A stretch of 64,000 nt of DNA from a virus. Positions 59,873 to 64,000 of the stretch are shown here, in pieces. Within the stretch, counting starts at the first letter, position 1, and every line of letters starts with the position of its first letter. The stretch covers positions 1-64,000 of IMG/VR virus record IMGVR_UViG_3300029374_000001, one strand, 5' to 3'. The notes beneath the pieces were generated by a model. The model did no database searches, was not told the DNA's origin, and saw only the letters and a program-made list of their open reading frames with translations. A program made the position numbers and the translations under genes.

Positions 59873-62800
59873 TTATACTCCATCATAGAATAACGACTTC
59901 AAATACCAAAGAATAGCATTATGTGTCGATCCTGGAGGTGGAGCTGGAGGAGTTGGAATCTCTTCCACTTCTATAGTTACGCTTGCATTCGCAATCTTGT
60001 ATAACTTAGAAGGTTTACTTAATAGTTCAAGTCCTACTTTTTGTTTAAGTCTATATCCGGATTTAGGAATAACGGTAATAGTATCTCCAACGAACATGAG
60101 TGTATCGTTATCCAGAATAACTCGTCCAGAAGTAGCATCGGCAACGTCTACATGATCACCATCAATGATATGAATGGTAGCCGGTGGGAACTTGGCTTCT
60201 GCTTTAACAGTTATATTTGCCGTGGTGGCTTTGTAAATATTACCAGCAACTCGAGTAGCTCCGGTAACAATTATATCATACTTAGCCGCATTAGAAGCCA
60301 ACTTAAAGGATACAATGAAGTTTTCATCTTCATGAACCTTATCGGAGCACGGGAATACCGTAAGCTCTTCAGATGGTACAGAAGTAGTTACCACTTTAAG
60401 CAGATCTATAGAATCGTTGTTAATAGTAACAAATGGAATCAGAACAGCTTCGATCGTAACATTCTCATCCATAATCTTATAGATATTATTAGAAGCATCT
60501 TCTACAACTATACCAGTCAGTGGAAGCTTAAGCTTATATCCGTGTTTCGGAACAATCTTAAGTTTGTTTCCAACGAACTGAGAAGTATCTCCATTATGAA
60601 TAGCGACTCCGGCAGGTACTGTCGTTACATCTATATTTGTATCCCCAATAATATTGATTGTTGCAGGAACTGGTTTGAGTTCAGCACCAACTACGACATT
60701 GGAAGATGAAACTTTATACTTATGCTTATTACCCACGGTTGCTATGAATGTAGCACCTGTAACATTAAGATCATACTTGGGATCAAGCGAAGAATCAAAG
60801 AACGAGATAACAAACTCTTCATTCATATGCAGATGTGTAGAATCTGGGAATGTATTGAGAGTCTGTGCGCCCACTTCGATTTTAAGCAGAGCAGACTTCA
60901 AGTTATTAATAGTAACTGTTGGGTCTTCTTCAACATCGATGAATACTTCACGTTCAACGACCATGAACTTATTTGCTTCGGATGTAGCTTCTAATCCACG
61001 CAATAATGCAGGTTTCATATGCCAATATGATTTTGGAGTAATAGTGATGAATTGCGTTGTACTTACAGATGTATCTCCATCATGTAATTCTCTACCATCA
61101 TCTACGGCCTTAACTGTTACATGTTCTGCATGACCGATATGAATTGTAGCACTCAATACTTTTCGAGAAGCAGATACCGTAATATCAACCGCTCCTGCTT
61201 TATAGCTATATTCTTCTGTATTGGCTGTTGCACCTACTACAGAAATATCATATACAGGTTTCTGTGTAGCTTCATTTACATACTTAACATAGATATCCTG
61301 ATTCTGATGAACTTTATCGGTACACGGGAATACTGTAATACGTCCACCATTTCCTGGTTTGGTATAAACAGCCACAATATCCTGATTATTATTGTTGATA
61401 GTAATAAACGGCACCGGTTCAGCTTCGATAGTAACATCTACTGCTGTAATCTTATAGATACCATTATCTGCGTCTACTACAGTAGCACCTGCCACAGGTT
61501 TAAGTTTGTATTCCCATTTAGGAATAGCAACAATCTTAATCTGACTATCAATGCTTAACGTATTATCATTATTATGAATCGGAGTATTTTCTGGAACCTT
61601 AGTTACTTGAACATGAGTTTCATCGGGAATATGAATAACGACTTTACGAACAGCTTTAACAGTAATTGAATTAGCTGTAGGAGTGTACTGCTCTCCTGTA
61701 GTATGATTTGCACCAACAACAGATATTGTATACTGAGCAGCATCGGCAGGATCTTTGAATGTAACGCTAAACAATTGTCCCTCATGGAGTTTATCATTAC
61801 ATGGGAATGTATTGATTTCCATATCAGGATTAATTGTTTTTATGGTCAGAAGAGCCGTACTTTCATTATCGATGGTTATATATGGCACTTCTGTGCCAGT
61901 TACGACTACAGATGTCGTATTATCAATAACTCTATAAACCTCTATCAGATCGGTTGCTGCTGGATGATCAGGTATACGCTCTGCGCCAGTGACTGTAATT
62001 GTAACAAACCTGTTATTCTTGATAACTTTAAATACTTCTCCAACTGTAAATACATAAGCCGTTGTAATAGGACTATCATATATATTATAGCAACTATGTC
62101 CTACATTATTCGTAGTCAACTCAATCAGTTTATGCTTCGATTTAACCGTTACGTTATCCGCAGTTACTTTATATTTGTTTCCAGATACTAGCGTAGCATT
62201 GGTAGCAATCACATCGTAATAGTTGGCTTTATCTGCGACTTTGAAATCTACAGTAAACTCATCGTCTATATAAAGCTTATCAGAACACGGGAATGTTGTG
62301 ATTTCTTCTACAGGATCGACCGTCTTGATAGCCAGCATCTCTTTAGATAAATTATCGATTGTTATACGTTGTCCTCGAACATTTATGACAACCTCATCTG
62401 CAAATTTATCTACTAGATAATACGCATTAAGCTCATCGGTTCCGACATGTCCAGCATCAACATTTGCTCCTGTTACTGTATATTGTACGTTAGCATTCGT
62501 TTTCTGAATTTTGAAGTAACTGTTAGGATGTGCCGTAGAACCATTGGGCAGTGGCGAATCTGACGAATCGAATAAAGATACATATGATGTACCACCAACT
62601 ATTCTGATCGTAATGTTTCTTTTATAAGCAGAAATATGTACCGTATCTTCTTTTACAGTAAAGATTCCAGGGCTATGCGGTACTGCCCCCTCTACATCTA
62701 AATTGTAGTCGGTACTAGTATATGGAGATCTAAAATCAACACTGATATTAGCGCCCTTACGAACTTTATCAGAGCATGGGAATACTGTAAGTTCTTCTTC

Positions 62801-64000
62801 AGGATCAACTGTTTTAACTATAGTTTTAGTCGGAGTCTCATTCTCTATAGTTACAAAACTTGTACGACCAATTTTAATATTGACTTCTGTATCGGTAATT
62901 TTATATTCATTATCGGTTCCGGTTGTTTCTACTCCTGTCATAGCCACTTCGAACTTATAGGTTGGTTTGAGTACAACAGTAATCTTATCATCTACATTGA
63001 CAGACGTATCTCCATTATGTAGTTCTCTACCATCATCTACAGCTTTGACTGTAACTCCTGCTATTTCTCCAGAGATATTAATCTTGGATGGAGTAAACTT
63101 AGGCACAGCTTTGACTTCAACAGTATCTTCATCTGCAATATATTTATTTCCAGATACTAACGTAGCACCAGTAACAACGATGTTATGTGTGGTTGCATTA
63201 TTAGAGCCTTTATAAAGAATATAGAATGAAGCTGTCTTTCTGATTGTATCGGAATTCGGGAATGTACTAATTGCTGTAGATATATTGTCTGCTGTACAAA
63301 CTGCCAATACATCTGTGGTCTGATTATTGATAGTAACAAACGGATGAAGCTCAACATCAATAACTACATTAGTCGCTTTAACCTTATAACAGTTTTCGTT
63401 AAGAGGATCTGCTTCCAAACCAGTAGTTGTACTTAACTTATAGCCTTCTTCCGGTATAATCTTAAGTATATCCAGTATCTTTACAGTCGTATCTCCATCA
63501 ACTACAGGAGTACTAGACGGATGCTTAGTTACGGTAACATGAGTTGAATTGGGAATATGAACAGTAACCTGTTTCTCTACAGCAATAATACTTACGACAT
63601 TCGATCTAACTTGATAAGTATTCCCAGATACTAAATCAGCACCAGTAATTTCTACATTGCACTTGAGTTCATCATCAGAATTCTTAAATTCAAGAGTGAA
63701 TTGATCGGTAACACGAAGAGTATTATTATTCGGGAAAGTTGTTATTTCCTGAATCGGAGGTCTTACTGTTTTGACTTTGAATATACCAGATGGTAGTACA
63801 TCAATAGAAGCAAACTCGAGTTCTTCCAATTCGATATTTACATTATATCCTGTAATCTTATAAATACCATTATCTGCATCTGCAACTTCCATACCAACAA
63901 TCGTATCATTCTTAAGCTTATATGGATATTTAGGAATAACCTTAAGCTGATTATTGATCTGCTGACTAAAATCGTTGTTATGAATCTGCTCATTTCCAGG
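59873..64000 (-). CDS. giant tandem-repeat protein (at least 8 modules of ~165 aa), 5' end beyond the window. Virion fibre, decoration or adhesin-like.
   Basis: Recurrent motifs TFPNNNT, TFPNSDT, VFPCSDK, TFPCSDK, TFPCNDK, VFPCTDK, TFPDSTH and VFPCSDK spaced about 165 aa apart. VTGATLVSGNKYK and IHNGDTS...KI(V)PK.GYKLK recur. The frame stays open past 63892 to the window end. C-terminal Pro-rich PTPPAPPPGS. Confidence 0.6.
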   Translation of the reverse strand, partial: PGNEQIHNNDFSQQINNQLKVIPKYPYKLKNDTIVGMEVADADNGIYKITGYNVNIELEELEFASIDVLPSGIFKVKTVRPPIQEITTFPNNNTLRVTDQFTLEFKNSDDELKCNVEITGADLVSGNTYQVRSNVVSIIAVEKQVTVHIPNSTHVTVTKHPSSTPVVDGDTTVKILDILKIIPEEGYKLSTTTGLEADPLNENCYKVKATNVVIDVELHPFVTINNQTTDVLAVCTADNISTAISTFPNSDTIRKTASFYILYKGSNNATTHNIVVTGATLVSGNKYIADEDTVEVKAVPKFTPSKINISGEIAGVTVKAVDDGRELHNGDTSVNVDDKITVVLKPTYKFEVAMTGVETTGTDNEYKITDTEVNIKIGRTSFVTIENETPTKTIVKTVDPEEELTVFPCSDKVRKGANISVDFRSPYTSTDYNLDVEGAVPHSPGIFTVKEDTVHISAYKRNITIRIVGGTSYVSLFDSSDSPLPNGSTAHPNSYFKIQKTNANVQYTVTGANVDAGHVGTDELNAYYLVDKFADEVVINVRGQRITIDNLSKEMLAIKTVDPVEEITTFPCSDKLYIDDEFTVDFKVADKANYYDVIATNATLVSGNKYKVTADNVTVKSKHKLIELTTNNVGHSCYNIYDSPITTAYVFTVGEVFKVIKNNRFVTITVTGAERIPDHPAATDLIEVYRVIDNTTSVVVTGTEVPYITIDNESTALLTIKTINPDMEINTFPCNDKLHEGQLFSVTFKDPADAAQYTISVVGANHTTGEQYTPTANSITVKAVRKVVIHIPDETHVQVTKVPENTPIHNNDNTLSIDSQIKIVAIPKWEYKLKPVAGATVVDADNGIYKITAVDVTIEAEPVPFITINNNNQDIVAVYTKPGNGGRITVFPCTDKVHQNQDIYVKYVNEATQKPVYDISVVGATANTEEYSYKAGAVDITVSASRKVLSATIHIGHAEHVTVKAVDDGRELHDGDTSVSTTQFITITPKSYWHMKPALLRGLEATSEANKFMVVEREVFIDVEEDPTVTINNLKSALLKIEVGAQTLNTFPDSTHLHMNEEFVISFFDSSLDPKYDLNVTGATFIATVGNKHKYKVSSSNVVVGAELKPVPATINIIGDTNIDVTTVPAGVAIHNGDTSQFVGNKLKIVPKHGYKLKLPLTGIVVEDASNNIYKIMDENVTIEAVLIPFVTINNDSIDLLKVVTTSVPSEELTVFPCSDKVHEDENFIVSFKLASNAAKYDIIVTGATRVAGNIYKATTANITVKAEAKFPPATIHIIDGDHVDVADATSGRVILDNDTLMFVGDTITVIPKSGYRLKQKVGLELLSKPSKLYKIANASVTIEVEEIPTPPAPPPGSTHNAILWYLKSLFYDGV

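Noticed and set aside
59873-64000. Periodic ~500-bp repetition in the DNA. Considered as a CRISPR or satellite array.
   Set aside because: Repeats are long, in-frame, diverged coding modules of one ORF with no short direct repeats or spacers. No CRISPR-like array anywhere in the window.
1-64000. Stop-codon reassignment (TAG or TGA recoding as in some gut phages)
   Set aside because: Nearly all genes give long clean ORFs with standard code 11, and motif-bearing proteins are full length. The single in-frame TAA at 46071 is better explained as a local nonsense change.

Overview
This 64-kb window is AT-rich (roughly 30% GC), gene-dense and almost entirely coding. About 85% of genes lie on the minus strand. 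It reads as an internal segment of a large, jumbo-like tailed bacteriophage genome rather than a bacterial chromosome. Three sets of genes are recognisable from motifs.

(1) A phage-encoded multisubunit RNA polymerase, split into separate genes in the way phiKZ and AR9 jumbo phages do it. Present here are a beta N-terminal fragment, a beta C-terminal fragment carrying GDKxxxRxGxKGV, and a beta-prime C-terminal fragment carrying the bridge helix and trigger loop with the CxxCYG signature.

(2) A T4-like replication and nucleotide module: a GyrA-like topoisomerase II A subunit, dUTPase, a UvsX/RecA-like recombinase, a DEAH SF2 helicase, an NAD-dependent LigA-type ligase and PhoH. It also holds a family-B DNA polymerase encoded in two genes on opposite strands about 17 kb apart. 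The second polymerase gene is interrupted by a ~426-nt ORF-less group I intron whose P, Q, R and S core elements are readable in the sequence.

(3) A structural and lysis block near the 3' end. It contains two paralogous tail-fibre proteins built from FDxxPTxxSxNPVxSxGI repeats, a 945-aa structural protein, an Amidase_2 (T7-lysozyme-like) endolysin, and a giant protein (longer than 1375 aa, running off the window) made of at least eight tandem ~165-aa beta-sandwich/Ig-like modules.

The most unusual cargo is a complete trimeric autotransporter adhesin sitting between the topoisomerase and replication genes. It has a signal peptide, YadA-like head repeats, the DAVNVAQL neck, a YadA-type beta-barrel anchor and a C-terminal SLH domain. 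That architecture is characteristic of diderm Firmicutes (Negativicutes such as Veillonella) and points to that host group.

Intergenic regions are punctuated by a family of perfect palindromic hairpins with CATATG or TATATA centres and flanking A/T runs, which look like intrinsic or bidirectional terminators. They also carry a repeated 19-mer (CTCTGGTATCATAGAAAAT on the plus strand, TTTTCTATGATACCAGAG in gene sense) about 35 nt upstream of start codons, which is a candidate promoter for the phage RNAP. A ~60-nt 5' leader is duplicated in front of two unrelated genes, and a ~50-bp coding module is shared by two genes.

No tRNA, CRISPR array, integrase or transposase was recognised by eye. Hypothetical ORFs are reported as such.
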